Positions 41,293 to 50,536 of a stretch of DNA of 64,000 nt are shown one piece after another; position 1 is the first letter of the stretch; every line of letters begins with the position of its first letter. The notes under the pieces are model-generated. The model was not told the DNA's origin and did no database searches. It saw nothing but the letters and a program-made list of their open reading frames with translations. The DNA is taken from NCBI GenBank assembly GCA_963818475.1, contig CAWFSF010000001.1, positions 279,631 to 343,630 on the forward strand, read 5' to 3'. Made by a program: the position numbers and the translations under genes. The DNA comes from Nitrospirota bacterium. Lineage in GTDB: Bacteria > Nitrospirota > UBA9217.

Positions 41293-41572
41293 TTAATAAG
41301 GGACCACGATGTCGTAGTCGAGGAGCTTCTGTTGCCATTTCCTCGAGCGTGACGATCGGATACCCGTTCTCCGCGTTGTTTGAATAGACCTTGAGGTCCA
41401 GTTCCGTCACCAGTTCAAGCGGCTGCGCCACCTCGGGGTCGGCCTTGTCCAGCTTGCGGTCAAGGATGAAAACATCGATCGTATCGTCTGCCAGCGTCAG
41501 CCCGCCCGCAACGCGGAGCGCCTCGCCCGGCCGGTCTCTCACAATGACCGCTATTTTTTTGGTGTCACTCAT
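41293..41572 (-). CDS. DsrF/TusC-like conserved protein (frameshift near end)
   Basis: KKIAVIVRDRPGEALRVAGGL; corrected end LDYDIVVPY*. Confidence 0.65.
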
Positions 41573-41597
41573 AGTTCACTCCCGTTCGTCGATAAAG

Positions 41598-41903
41598 TTA
41601 GAACACGACCACCCGCGCACTGTCGTGCAGCATGCCCGCATTGTTGTACTGGCTGCCGTACGAAATGCCGTCAGTCTTGTCATGGATGCCGACCCGCTCG
41701 CAGCTGTGGTCGCAGCACGACAGCTCAATGCCGTCCGTCCCGAGCAGCTCCAGGAACTTGGGGTCCCTGGTGAAGCGGACGCCTTCGTCGGTCAGAAAGA
41801 TCGTAACCGCCTTGCCTGCCGCGCGCGCCGCCTTAGCAACACCGGCGATGTGCTCCAGATTCTCGTACTTCGTGACCATGATACCGAGCATTTCTCCTGC
41901 CAT
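41598..41903 (-). CDS. DsrE/TusD-like protein
   Basis: IFLTDEGV, CCDHSC, GSQY motifs. Confidence 0.8.
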   Translation of the reverse strand: MAGEMLGIMVTKYENLEHIAGVAKAARAAGKAVTIFLTDEGVRFTRDPKFLELLGTDGIELSCCDHSCERVGIHDKTDGISYGSQYNNAGMLHDSARVVVF

Positions 41904-42077
41904 TATGAATCACCTCCCTTCGTTTTACACATTATCCTGGACAGCAGTGATCGCAAATGCTTTATTAACATTATCCCTGACCCGGCGCCATTTTGCAACA
42001 GTTGTTTTACTGCCAATCATAGCCAAAATAAAGCCGGACAGGATCGCTCCTGTCCGGCCGCACCACTTGATAATGAA

Positions 42078-43169
42078 TCAGATATCCATGTCCCGCATCG
42101 GTCTGATCAGCATGAAATACACCATGGTCCAGTTGCCGAGAATGATGAAAATGTTCGCCACCCAGCTGGATACTGCCAGGGTGGACACGCCGGTCAGGCT
42201 GTGGCCGATATTGCAGCCGCCGCCGATCTGAGCGCCGACCCCCATGATGAACCCGCCGAGCAGCACCTTGAAGAGCTCGTCCGCAGGCGGGACCTTCATC
42301 TTCACTTCCTTCAGGAACTTGCCGCTGATGAAGGCGCCGATCGGAACGGCCAGCACATAGAGCGCGCTCCAGGAGATCGTGACGCCGAGGATCTTCATGG
42401 TCTCGGCTTCCGGGGCCTTTGCATCGCCGAAGAATACGGCCAGGAAGAACTCGCGGACCGGACCGGTAAAGGAAAGTCCGCGCGCCCTGCCGGTGCAGTA
42501 GTCCGAGAACCAGAAGGCGGCCACGGCAATGACGCCGACCAGCAGGCCGGCAAGGGACCAGGAATAGCCCTTTTTCGCCTTCTGGAAGGGCTTGCCCGTG
42601 TACACGAAGTAGAGGATCGGAGCGGCGATCACCGCGATGATGATCCACTTATTGACGCCGATGACATTGTCCAGCGTCGGGACGACCTCGTCCGCGCCGA
42701 CAGAGACCTGATAGGTTATCAGCATGTCGTAGACCGGCTTCAGAAAACCGAACTTCGTCACGGCGATGCCGAAGAAGAACCCGAAAACCGCCAGTACGTA
42801 GGCGAGGTTGCCTTCGCCCACGCGATACAGGATGCCGCTCCCGCACCCGCCTGCGAGCACGATCCCCATGCCGAAGATAAAACCGCCGATGATGTTCGCA
42901 AAGGGCACGAAACCCTGACGGTACAGTTCATTCGCCACCATCACGCCGTTCTCATTGGCATGCTGCTGAAGCCAGCCCATGTCCTCAATAAGATTCGCGC
43001 CGATCATCGTGACGGCAACGGCGAGCAGATAGGCGCGGAGCATCGTATAATCCTGAAAGAGTATTTCCCGATACGCGGAGTTCACGCAGAAACGTCCGCG
43101 CTGCAGAACATAACCGAATGCCGCGCCGATCAGCAGACCGGTCACAATGAATACCAGTGTAGAAACCAT
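42078..43169 (-). CDS. yeeE: YeeE/YedE-family sulfur-compound transporter
   Basis: QRGRFC, GGCGSG and GGCNIGH conserved Cys motifs; polytopic. Confidence 0.9.
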   Translation of the reverse strand: MVSTLVFIVTGLLIGAAFGYVLQRGRFCVNSAYREILFQDYTMLRAYLLAVAVTMIGANLIEDMGWLQQHANENGVMVANELYRQGFVPFANIIGGFIFGMGIVLAGGCGSGILYRVGEGNLAYVLAVFGFFFGIAVTKFGFLKPVYDMLITYQVSVGADEVVPTLDNVIGVNKWIIIAVIAAPILYFVYTGKPFQKAKKGYSWSLAGLLVGVIAVAAFWFSDYCTGRARGLSFTGPVREFFLAVFFGDAKAPEAETMKILGVTISWSALYVLAVPIGAFISGKFLKEVKMKVPPADELFKVLLGGFIMGVGAQIGGGCNIGHSLTGVSTLAVSSWVANIFIILGNWTMVYFMLIRPMRDMDI

Positions 43170-43235
43170 TCTCCCCCTCCTTAAGTTTCACTCCCCCTGT
43201 GTTTCCTGCCGGTCCAGCACTGCTGGATCTTCTGG

Positions 43236-43485
43236 TTAGCGCTTTTTTGATGTACAGTTCCCAGTAGCCCTTGTCGTCGAGCTTCACGGCCTCGAAGGCC
43301 ATGTTGTTCTTCTCGGCATAACGCGGGATGCTGTCCTCGGCAGATGCCGGAGCATCGCAGAGCACTTTGAGCGTCTGGCCGCTGGCGAGCTTCTCAAGCG
43401 CCTTCTTGGTGAGGAGCAACGGATAGGGACATACTCGTCCGAGCGTGTCGAGCGTCTGATCTGGTGTTGCGGTCTTGATGGACAT
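43236..43485 (-). CDS. tusA: TusA-family sulfur carrier
   Basis: LDTLGRVCPYP; GGAGG RBS; stop displaced by an A-run error. Confidence 0.88.
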
Positions 43486-43728
43486 GGTATTCCTCCTTGA
43501 AATAGCGTACGTGAATTTCGGGCCGTCGAGTGGATCGGTCCGTTTAGTTACCAGGCGGATCGCATGTGGAGCATTGAGCGCAGTTCGTCTGCACTGCCGT
43601 AAACAAGCGCTCACCGGTGAGATAACTTATCAAAAACCAGGAAACATGTCAATACTCGTTTTGTTGATTCAGGTATGCGAAACAGGAAGATTGCCTATTT
43701 ACGATTATTATAGGCAGCTGCGAACTTC

Positions 43729-44113
43729 TTATAGGAGCGACAGCACGGTCAGCACGAACGATCGCGAGGAGCAGGCAGAAGCCGATGGCTGCAGCGGTTT
43801 TCCGCGACCGCAGGCTGGTTGCGCTGCCGCTGTCCAGGAAGGGCGCCAGCAGCAGCACGCTGAATGCCAGTCCCGGCAGCAGCACGGCGCCGACAAAGGT
43901 CCACGCGCCGGGGAAATATTTCGTGAGCTGATACAGAAAGAGAAAATACCATTCAGGACGCGGGCTGTACTGCGCGGCGAAGTCGATCTCCCTGCCGATG
44001 TCCGAGGGGAACAGGACCGACAGGAGCAGCACCGCCTCCACGGTGAAGAGCGCGACGACCGTGATCTCGAAGAGATAATAGGGGAAGAATTTTTTTTCTT
44101 TGCTGTGGTCCAT
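43729..44113 (-). CDS. Cytochrome b C-terminal (subunit IV-like) protein
   Basis: FFPYY and RPEWYFLFLYQL (PEWY motif); frameshift near the end. Confidence 0.85.
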
Positions 44114-44191
44114 ACGGTTTTCACACTGACCGCAATGAGCTCTTACTCCTGTACCTGCCGCTGCCTCACATTCCGCAATCCGCAATCAGAC

Positions 44192-44836
44192 TCACATTCC
44201 CCCGGACACGCCGAGCCTCCGGATGACGTGAAAATGGACCCAGAGAAAGAATGCGGTGAACAGGGGCAGCCAGAGGATATGCATGCTGTAGAACCGCAAA
44301 AGCGTCTGGCCGGTCACGTCAATGCCGCCGCGCAGGACCGACGCCAGGGCCGGGCCGATGAACGGGACCGAGCCGAGCATGTTCGTGCCGACCACGGTCG
44401 CCCAGTAGGCCTTCTGGTCCCAGGGCAGGAGGTAGCCGGTAAAACCGAAGCCGAGCGTCAGCACGAAAAGCAGCGAGCCGGCCACCCAGTTGAGCTCGCG
44501 GGGGTTCTTATAGGCGCCAACGACAAAGACCCGGAGCATGTGCAGCACGATGGTCACGACCATGAGGTTTGCCGACCAGTGGTGAACGGACCGCAGCAGC
44601 CGGCCGAGCGGCACCTCCAGCTGCAGGCGCTGAATGCTCCGGTAGGCGTCCGCATCGGACGGCGTATAGTGCAAGGACAGCAGCAGCCCGGTCAGGACCT
44701 GCAGGACAAACAGGGTAAAGGTGATGCCGCCGAAACAGGTGAGATAGTTGATCCCTGCGGGCACGGGCTTGTCCAGGACCCGCCGGTGCCTGCTCGTGAA
44801 CCCGAACCGGGCATTGATGAAGTCGAACCATTTCAT
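44192..44836 (-). CDS. petB: Cytochrome b6-type N-terminal subunit
   Basis: RSVHHW, LHMLR, GYLLPWDQ, heme-ligand His residues. Confidence 0.9.
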   Translation of the reverse strand: MKWFDFINARFGFTSRHRRVLDKPVPAGINYLTCFGGITFTLFVLQVLTGLLLSLHYTPSDADAYRSIQRLQLEVPLGRLLRSVHHWSANLMVVTIVLHMLRVFVVGAYKNPRELNWVAGSLLFVLTLGFGFTGYLLPWDQKAYWATVVGTNMLGSVPFIGPALASVLRGGIDVTGQTLLRFYSMHILWLPLFTAFFLWVHFHVIRRLGVSGGM

Positions 44837-44839
44837 GGG

Positions 44840-45292
44840 CTATACCTTGATCCCGACCATGACCATGTTGTTCTCGATCTTCGCCGGGAACCGCGTGAGC
44901 GGCGCCGGCGGCGGGCCCGCGATATTGTTGCCTGCCAGATCATAGCGGCCGCCATGGCAGGGACAGATGAATTCCCGTTTGCTCCGGTGGTAGTTGACGA
45001 GGCATCCCAGGTGCGAGCAGGTCGCGGACAGGATGGTCAGCCCTTCTGCCGCGGCAACGATGAAAAGCCTGACCGTGCGCTCTTTGCCCGCTGCAGGGTA
45101 GCGAAGCTCCGCTTTTTTGACGCCGGCGCGCGGCAGCTCTTCCTCGGGAAGCAGCGGAAAAAAGACGAGCTGGCTTGCCTTGCCGCCCGCGGGAGAAAAA
45201 ATGCGCACAGCAGGGACCAGAAAGCCCAGTCCCAGCACGAGCAGTAATCCGTACAGCGCCCTGGTGATAAAATCCCTGCGGGTGGTCTTCAT
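44840..45292 (-). CDS. Rieske iron-sulfur subunit
   Basis: Tat motif TTRRDF; CSHLGC and CPCHGG. Confidence 0.92.
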   Translation of the reverse strand: MKTTRRDFITRALYGLLLVLGLGFLVPAVRIFSPAGGKASQLVFFPLLPEEELPRAGVKKAELRYPAAGKERTVRLFIVAAAEGLTILSATCSHLGCLVNYHRSKREFICPCHGGRYDLAGNNIAGPPPAPLTRFPAKIENNMVMVGIKV

Positions 45293-45766
45293 GCTGGAGC
45301 ATACTACGACAGATGCGAGGAGAGTGTCAATCAGAAATCAGGTTCCTGATCTTTTGCATCACCTCATGGCGAGATATTCGGTATAAGCAGGGAAAGCCGT
45401 CATTTCGAGTCGCATTCTTTGCCCCCGCATCATCCTCCAGAAAACAGCTGTTGTCCTTTTTCGTCCGGGGCCTCTCTGGTAAAAACGTTACCGGGAAAAA
45501 AGAAGAGGACTTTTGAGAGGCTGAAATTTGAGGAACCACCCTTTTACGAAGTGAAACGAAAGGAAGCCCATTGCATGTCCTGCAGGCAATTTCATACAAA
45601 CCCATAACTGCCCGATTTGTTGGCTTATATCTTAATTTTTTACTCCTTTAGTTTTATAGCCGTATGAAAAAACCTTCAATTCAGTATAACAGCAAAAGTT
45701 GACGAATGACATGCATCTTATAAATTACCGCTACAAATCAATATGATGCAGGAAGGAAGAAAGTCG

Positions 45767-45782
45767 TGGCATCGGACTTGCT
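45767..45782 (+). promoter_or_regulatory. sigma54 (-24/-12) promoter
   Basis: TGGCATCGGACTTGCT; IHF-like AATCAATATGATG about 20-30 bp upstream. Confidence 0.72.
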
Positions 45783-45907
45783 ATCTGTATATACCAAGCG
45801 ACCACAAGAAGCTTTCATCAGAGAGCGTCAGGAGCGTATTCAAGGAGGGGCAGCGGTCGCAGTACTATTTAGGGATCTGATGTCGTAGTTACAGATCCAT
45901 CATAGCT

Positions 45908-45985
45908 GGACGATAATACTCAACCATCCGCGAGGGTGGGGCGGAAAGCCTACAGGGTCTCACAGAGACAGCCGGGTTGCCGAAA
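45908..45985 (+). ncRNA. GEMM-I cyclic-dinucleotide riboswitch, GEMM-Ib (3',3'-cGAMP)-like
   Basis: CGATAATACTCAACCATCCGCGAGGGTGGGGCGGAAAGCCTACAGGGTCTC-ACA-GAGACAGCCGGGTTGCCG: GCGA tetraloop stem, GGAAAG junction, receptor stem; AATAC where c-di-GMP aptamers have a G. Confidence 0.88.
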
Positions 45986-46019
45986 TATCATTGCGATATT
46001 CAGACACCCGGCTTTTTTT
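45969..46019 (+). terminator. Riboswitch expression-platform terminator
   Basis: AGCCGGGT..GAAATATC pairs with GATATTC..ACCCGGCT, then T7; the stem overlaps the aptamer 3' strand. Confidence 0.8.
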
Positions 46020-46177
46020 GTCAAATACATCATAAAACTTAAGCAATAAGGAGGTAAGGCAGGCGCGTGAAGTTCGTAAAATCGCTCCACACCGAGCATC
46101 TACGGGAGCGGCACCAAAACAGACACATCTTGTGACCTCAGGACACAAGCAGTATTCAATCAGGAGGAAATCAGATC

Positions 46178-47848
46178 ATGAAGAAAAACATTACGTCGAT
46201 TCTCTTAGTATGCGCTGTTGCTCTCGGCTTCGCCCTGAGCGGCTGCGGCAATTCGGCCGAATCACTCAATTCGCCGGCCGAGTCATCAGTGACAGGCGTC
46301 GTAACGCTGGGCACGGCGACCAGCGGCACTGTTTCCCTGAAGGATTCTTCTGTGCCGGCAAAGGAAATGACGACCACAACCAGGAGCAATGGATACTATA
46401 CTGTCGATGTGAGAGGGCTCACGCCGCCGTTCATGCTCAAGTCGGCAGGGACGGACACTTCAGGAAGCAGCCAGATGTATTCTGTTTCGACGAAAGCCGG
46501 CTGGGCGAACATCAACCCGCTTTCGGACACGGTAGTAGCCGTAGCGGCGGACGGCACCAGTCCGGACGAACTCTACGAGAAGCCTGACCCCGTGATGTAC
46601 CGCAGTACCTCGAACAAGCTTACGGCCGTCATCGACAGCCTGCGCACCGTGTTGGCGCCTCTGTTCGCGCTGTACCAAACTTCGGGGGACCCGATCACCG
46701 ACAAGGATGACAACAGCGGACTTCGTGCAATGCTCCGCGACGTGCGTTTCCTGGTCAAACAAGGGACCGTGACCGTTACGAACAGACTGACCGGCGCCGT
46801 GATCTATTCAGCGCCGCTCAATGATATTGACTCGGGAACCTTCTACCCGGAAAACATGCCTGCCGGGCCGGGAACCACACCTCCGCCACCCACACCGTGC
46901 TCCTATACTTATTCTTCCTGGAGTACCTGCCAGTCAGATAATTCACAGACAAGAACCATGCTCTCATCGTCTCCTGACGGCTGCACCGGAACGCCGATCC
47001 TGTCTCAGCCCTGCATCTTTGTGCCGCCGGTGACGACCTGCACCTCGTTTGCGTACTCGGCCTGGGGAACCTGTCAGTCCAACAACACCCAGACCAGGAC
47101 CGTGACGTCATCGTCTCCCGCAGGCTGCACCGGAGGAACGCCGGTTCTGTCGCAGGCTTGCACCTATGTGCCGCCGGTAACGACCTGCACCTCCTTCACG
47201 TACTCGGCCTGGGGAGCTTGCCAATCCAACAACACCCAGACCAGGACCCAGCTGACCGCATCTCCCGCAGGATGCACCGGAGGAACGCCGGTCCTGTCGC
47301 AGGCTTGCACCTATGTGCCGCCGGTAACGACCTGCACCTCCTTCACGTACTCGGCCTGGGGAGCTTGCCAATCCAACAACACCCAGACCAGGACCCAGCT
47401 GACCGCATCTCCCGCAGGATGCACCGGAGGAACGCCGGTCCTGTCGCAGGCTTGCACCTATGTGCCGCCGGTCACGACCTGCACCTCCTTCACGTACTCG
47501 GCCTGGGGAGCTTGCCAGTCCGATAACACCCAGACCAGGACCCAGCTGACCGCATCTCCCGCAGGATGCACCGGAGGAACGCCGGTCCTGTCGCAGGCTT
47601 GCACCTATGTGCCGCCGACTCCGGCTTGCGGTTCATGCCACACCATCCCGCCGTCAACGGGCCAGCACACGTACCACGTTTCGTCGCGTGGGATTTCGTG
47701 CAGCACCTGCCACGGCACGGGCTATAGTTCAACTACGGTGAATACGGCAACGCATGCCAACGGCACGACAGACCTCATGAGTTCCTTGAATTTTAATGCG
47801 ACTGCGAGCTCCTGCTCTCCGGCGTGCCACGGAACGAGGACCTGGTAA
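46178..47848 (+). CDS. Lipoprotein with five TSP1-like Cys/Trp repeats and a C-terminal heme domain
   Basis: LSG-C lipobox; 49-aa repeats; CGSCH, CSTCH, CSPACH. Confidence 0.88.
   Translation: MKKNITSILLVCAVALGFALSGCGNSAESLNSPAESSVTGVVTLGTATSGTVSLKDSSVPAKEMTTTTRSNGYYTVDVRGLTPPFMLKSAGTDTSGSSQMYSVSTKAGWANINPLSDTVVAVAADGTSPDELYEKPDPVMYRSTSNKLTAVIDSLRTVLAPLFALYQTSGDPITDKDDNSGLRAMLRDVRFLVKQGTVTVTNRLTGAVIYSAPLNDIDSGTFYPENMPAGPGTTPPPPTPCSYTYSSWSTCQSDNSQTRTMLSSSPDGCTGTPILSQPCIFVPPVTTCTSFAYSAWGTCQSNNTQTRTVTSSSPAGCTGGTPVLSQACTYVPPVTTCTSFTYSAWGACQSNNTQTRTQLTASPAGCTGGTPVLSQACTYVPPVTTCTSFTYSAWGACQSNNTQTRTQLTASPAGCTGGTPVLSQACTYVPPVTTCTSFTYSAWGACQSDNTQTRTQLTASPAGCTGGTPVLSQACTYVPPTPACGSCHTIPPSTGQHTYHVSSRGISCSTCHGTGYSSTTVNTATHANGTTDLMSSLNFNATASSCSPACHGTRTW
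46895..47617 (+). repeat. Intragenic tandem repeat, 147-bp unit x5
   Basis: Identical unit starts at 47177 and 47324; units 3-5 nearly identical, unit 1 diverged. Confidence 0.92.
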
Positions 47849-47877
47849 ACCTGTAAGCTGAGCAGTAAGGCATCTCG

Positions 47878-47913
47878 AAGCGCTCTGTCGCAAGGCAGGG
47901 CGCTTTTTCTTTT
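47878..47913 (+). terminator. Intrinsic terminator
   Basis: AAGCGCTCTGTC/GGCAGGGCGCTT plus T-run. Confidence 0.7.
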
Positions 47914-48027
47914 GGCCATGGTTGTGGGCGGATAATGCCGATGATAATCGCAAGGAAAACGGCGAAACGAGAGTTACCTGAAGATCAGAAAAGAGGGCGG
48001 GATCTATATTTAGCGCAGCCTGATCCT

Positions 48028-49923
48028 CTAGCCGATCCAGGGTGCGTATTTTTGTTTTGCGGCCTGCTGGACGTTCAGGATGCGCTTGAAGATCTCCTTC
48101 AGCATCCGTTTTTCGAGGACGCTCAGGCGGTCTGGATCGATAAAGTTATCGGGCTCGCCCCCTTCCTTGATCTGCCGGAACTGGTGCCTGAGCCTGAGCG
48201 ACATCAGGAACTCGAATGCCTGCACAAGGTCACCGGCGACACCATCAGTCACTCTGCTCAGGCTCGTCTGCTCCTGGAGCCGCTCCACCGTCGAGGTATG
48301 GTACACGCCGGCTTCGAGCGCCGCAAGCCGGGCAAGATCAATGATCGGGCACAGAGCGTTCATTTTGACGTTCAATTTTCCTTTGTGCGGGCCTGCCCGC
48401 TCTCCGGTCAGCTGTCCGAATATCCCGATCGCCGGCCGGTTCAGGAGCACGATGCCGGCCATCTGGCCGAGGAAGGCCTTATTCCCTTTGGCAGTATAGC
48501 TCAGGTATGCCCGAAGCTGTTCCGCAAGCAGCTGGTTGCCGTATAACGGACGGAAATCGAAGAAGATCAATGAGCGCAGCACCGCCTCAGGCGTGGGCGT
48601 ACTGATCCAGCGGGAAAAGTTTTTTTTCCAGACGCCGAACGGCTGACACCACTGCGGATTGCTTGCCATGTAATTGGCGGTGCAGGGGGGAAATCCGCAC
48701 TGTTCGAGCGCTTTCCGCATCCGCGCGGCGAACTCGGAAAAATAGCCCGACGCCTCGCCGGCCTTTTCACCCGGCTCCTCATAGATGATGGCATTGTCCT
48801 GGTCGGTGCGGAACGTCTGTTCCTTCCTGCCCTCGCTGCCGAAAACGATCCAGCAATAGCTCACGGGCGGCGTGCCCATCTGCGACTCGGTGATCGCGAG
48901 CAATTTCCTCACCAGCCGGTCGTTGATCTCGGTGATGATCCTCGTAATATGGGCCGCCTTCGCCTCTTCCCGGATGAGCACGTGGGTCAGTTGATCGATC
49001 CGTTCCCGTGACCGGGCAAGCCCGTCAACCGTATCCTCTCCCTCGATCTCCCGGGCAACGGAAAGGGGGGACGTCCCCTGCAGCATCATGAGGTCGTGGT
49101 TCGTGATGATCCCCCGGAGCTCACCGTTTTCGACCACGAGCAGGTGGTGGATCTTGTAGCGCATCATCTTTATGAGCGCCTCATAGCAGTAATCCCGGGC
49201 CTCGGACTTGATCAGCGTGACGCTCATAATGTCCCCGATCCGCCCTCCGGGGTCCCTGTTCTTCGAGACCACCTTGTTCCTGAGATCGCGGTCGGTAACG
49301 AGCCCGGATGGAAATCCATGCCCGTCCACCAGGACCAGGCAGCTGATCCCTTTCGTCGCCATGATCCGGGCTGCTTCGCTGATAGAAATATCCTCGGATG
49401 CGGTGACCACCTGGCGGGTGGCAAGATCGGCGAGGACATGGGTGAACAGGAGCTTGTCCCCCCCGCCGTACAGGAGCGTTCGATCGCGGATCTCTCGATA
49501 GGCAAGTTCCTGAAACCGGTTGAGCCGGGAGCGGAAGCAGTGATCAGCGAAGGGGGCATGGGCCTGCATGAGCCTCAGGACGGTTTCCCTGACGACGAGG
49601 TAGCAGGTCGTGTCCGTCTCGGCGACGATCGTATCCCGGGACACTTCGCCGCAGGCAAAGGAGAGGAGGCCGAAGCAGTCGCCTTCGGACCGGTAGTCGA
49701 CCAGCACTTCCTCCCCCTCGTTCGTTCTCAGGAAGACCTTGACCGCCCCGCTCCGGATGACTGAAAGGTGTTCCGCCGCAGGGCCGTTCTGGCTCAGGAT
49801 CGTTCTTCCCCGGGGGTGGAATTCAAGCAGGACATTTTTGGAGATCGTGCGGAGTTCCTCAGGGGAAAGGAGGGAAAAGGGAGGCGCTTTCGAAAAGAAT
49901 TCGTATGCGTCATTGGTGATCAT
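48028..49923 (-). CDS. cNMP-binding, CBS-pair and DUF294 nucleotidyltransferase-like protein
   Basis: cNMP domain, two CBS, FGSEGRKEQTFRTDQDNA, FFDFR. Confidence 0.9.
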   Translation of the reverse strand: MITNDAYEFFSKAPPFSLLSPEELRTISKNVLLEFHPRGRTILSQNGPAAEHLSVIRSGAVKVFLRTNEGEEVLVDYRSEGDCFGLLSFACGEVSRDTIVAETDTTCYLVVRETVLRLMQAHAPFADHCFRSRLNRFQELAYREIRDRTLLYGGGDKLLFTHVLADLATRQVVTASEDISISEAARIMATKGISCLVLVDGHGFPSGLVTDRDLRNKVVSKNRDPGGRIGDIMSVTLIKSEARDYCYEALIKMMRYKIHHLLVVENGELRGIITNHDLMMLQGTSPLSVAREIEGEDTVDGLARSRERIDQLTHVLIREEAKAAHITRIITEINDRLVRKLLAITESQMGTPPVSYCWIVFGSEGRKEQTFRTDQDNAIIYEEPGEKAGEASGYFSEFAARMRKALEQCGFPPCTANYMASNPQWCQPFGVWKKNFSRWISTPTPEAVLRSLIFFDFRPLYGNQLLAEQLRAYLSYTAKGNKAFLGQMAGIVLLNRPAIGIFGQLTGERAGPHKGKLNVKMNALCPIIDLARLAALEAGVYHTSTVERLQEQTSLSRVTDGVAGDLVQAFEFLMSLRLRHQFRQIKEGGEPDNFIDPDRLSVLEKRMLKEIFKRILNVQQAAKQKYAPWIG

Positions 49924-49975
49924 GATTTCACTACCTCGGCGACCGATCGGCGGAACACGCCTTGCCCTGCCCCGG

Positions 49976-50347
49976 TCATCCTGCCGGCCGGTTGAGGGCC
50001 TTTTGAACGGCCTGCCTCATCTCGTCGTGCATCAGCGGTTTCATAAGAAAATCGCAGGCGCCGGCCTTGATCGCTTCGACCGCTGTTGTCAGGGAAGCAT
50101 AGGCTGTTATGACCATGACCTTCTGGCCGGGATTGGACTTCTTGTATTTTGTCAGGAGTTCGATGCCGCTGATGCCGGGGAGAATGATATCCGTGATGAT
50201 AAGATCGTAGGGCCGGAACCGGAGAAGATCGATGGCGTCCTCGGCGCTGGCCGCCCGGTCGACTTCGTACCCTTCCCGCAGGAGCACGCGCTGCAGCGAA
50301 TGGCAGAGCGTGTCTTCGTCTTCAACAATGAGCAAGCGTTCAGCCAT
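49976..50347 (-). CDS. Single-domain response regulator
   Basis: LIVEDE, ITDIILP, ITAY, KP. Confidence 0.85.
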   Translation of the reverse strand: MAERLLIVEDEDTLCHSLQRVLLREGYEVDRAASAEDAIDLLRFRPYDLIITDIILPGISGIELLTKYKKSNPGQKVMVITAYASLTTAVEAIKAGACDFLMKPLMHDEMRQAVQKALNRPAG

Positions 50348-50536
50348 GAGTCCTCGCCCTCAACGCCAAAAGGCAGCACTCTTGCCCGGCGCGAGCACTG
50401 TTCAATATCGACAGGGACAGTACCATTATATCACAGTGCCCTCTATTGCTGCGAGGGAATTCGATGGCGGGGTACTCGGGGCTCCTGCAAATATTCTGGC
50501 AAGAGCCGTAGGTTGTCCCGTTTCATGGCGCCCGTT

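Noticed and set aside
37017-41572. Apparent cluster of pseudogenes or programmed frameshifts
   Set aside because: Scattered single-base indels in otherwise intact genes, plus compensating pairs elsewhere (RHS near 25900), fit long-read error; polishing is needed before any biological claim
46895-47617. Tandem repeats as a CRISPR array or DGR template
   Set aside because: In-frame 147-bp coding repeats with no unique spacers; no cas or reverse transcriptase genes nearby
48028-49923. DUF294 NTase as a CBASS/cGAS-like cyclase linked to the riboswitch
   Set aside because: Common cNMP-CBS-DUF294 architecture related to GlnD/GlnE-type NTases; no effector genes adjacent and it is convergent with the riboswitch-controlled gene
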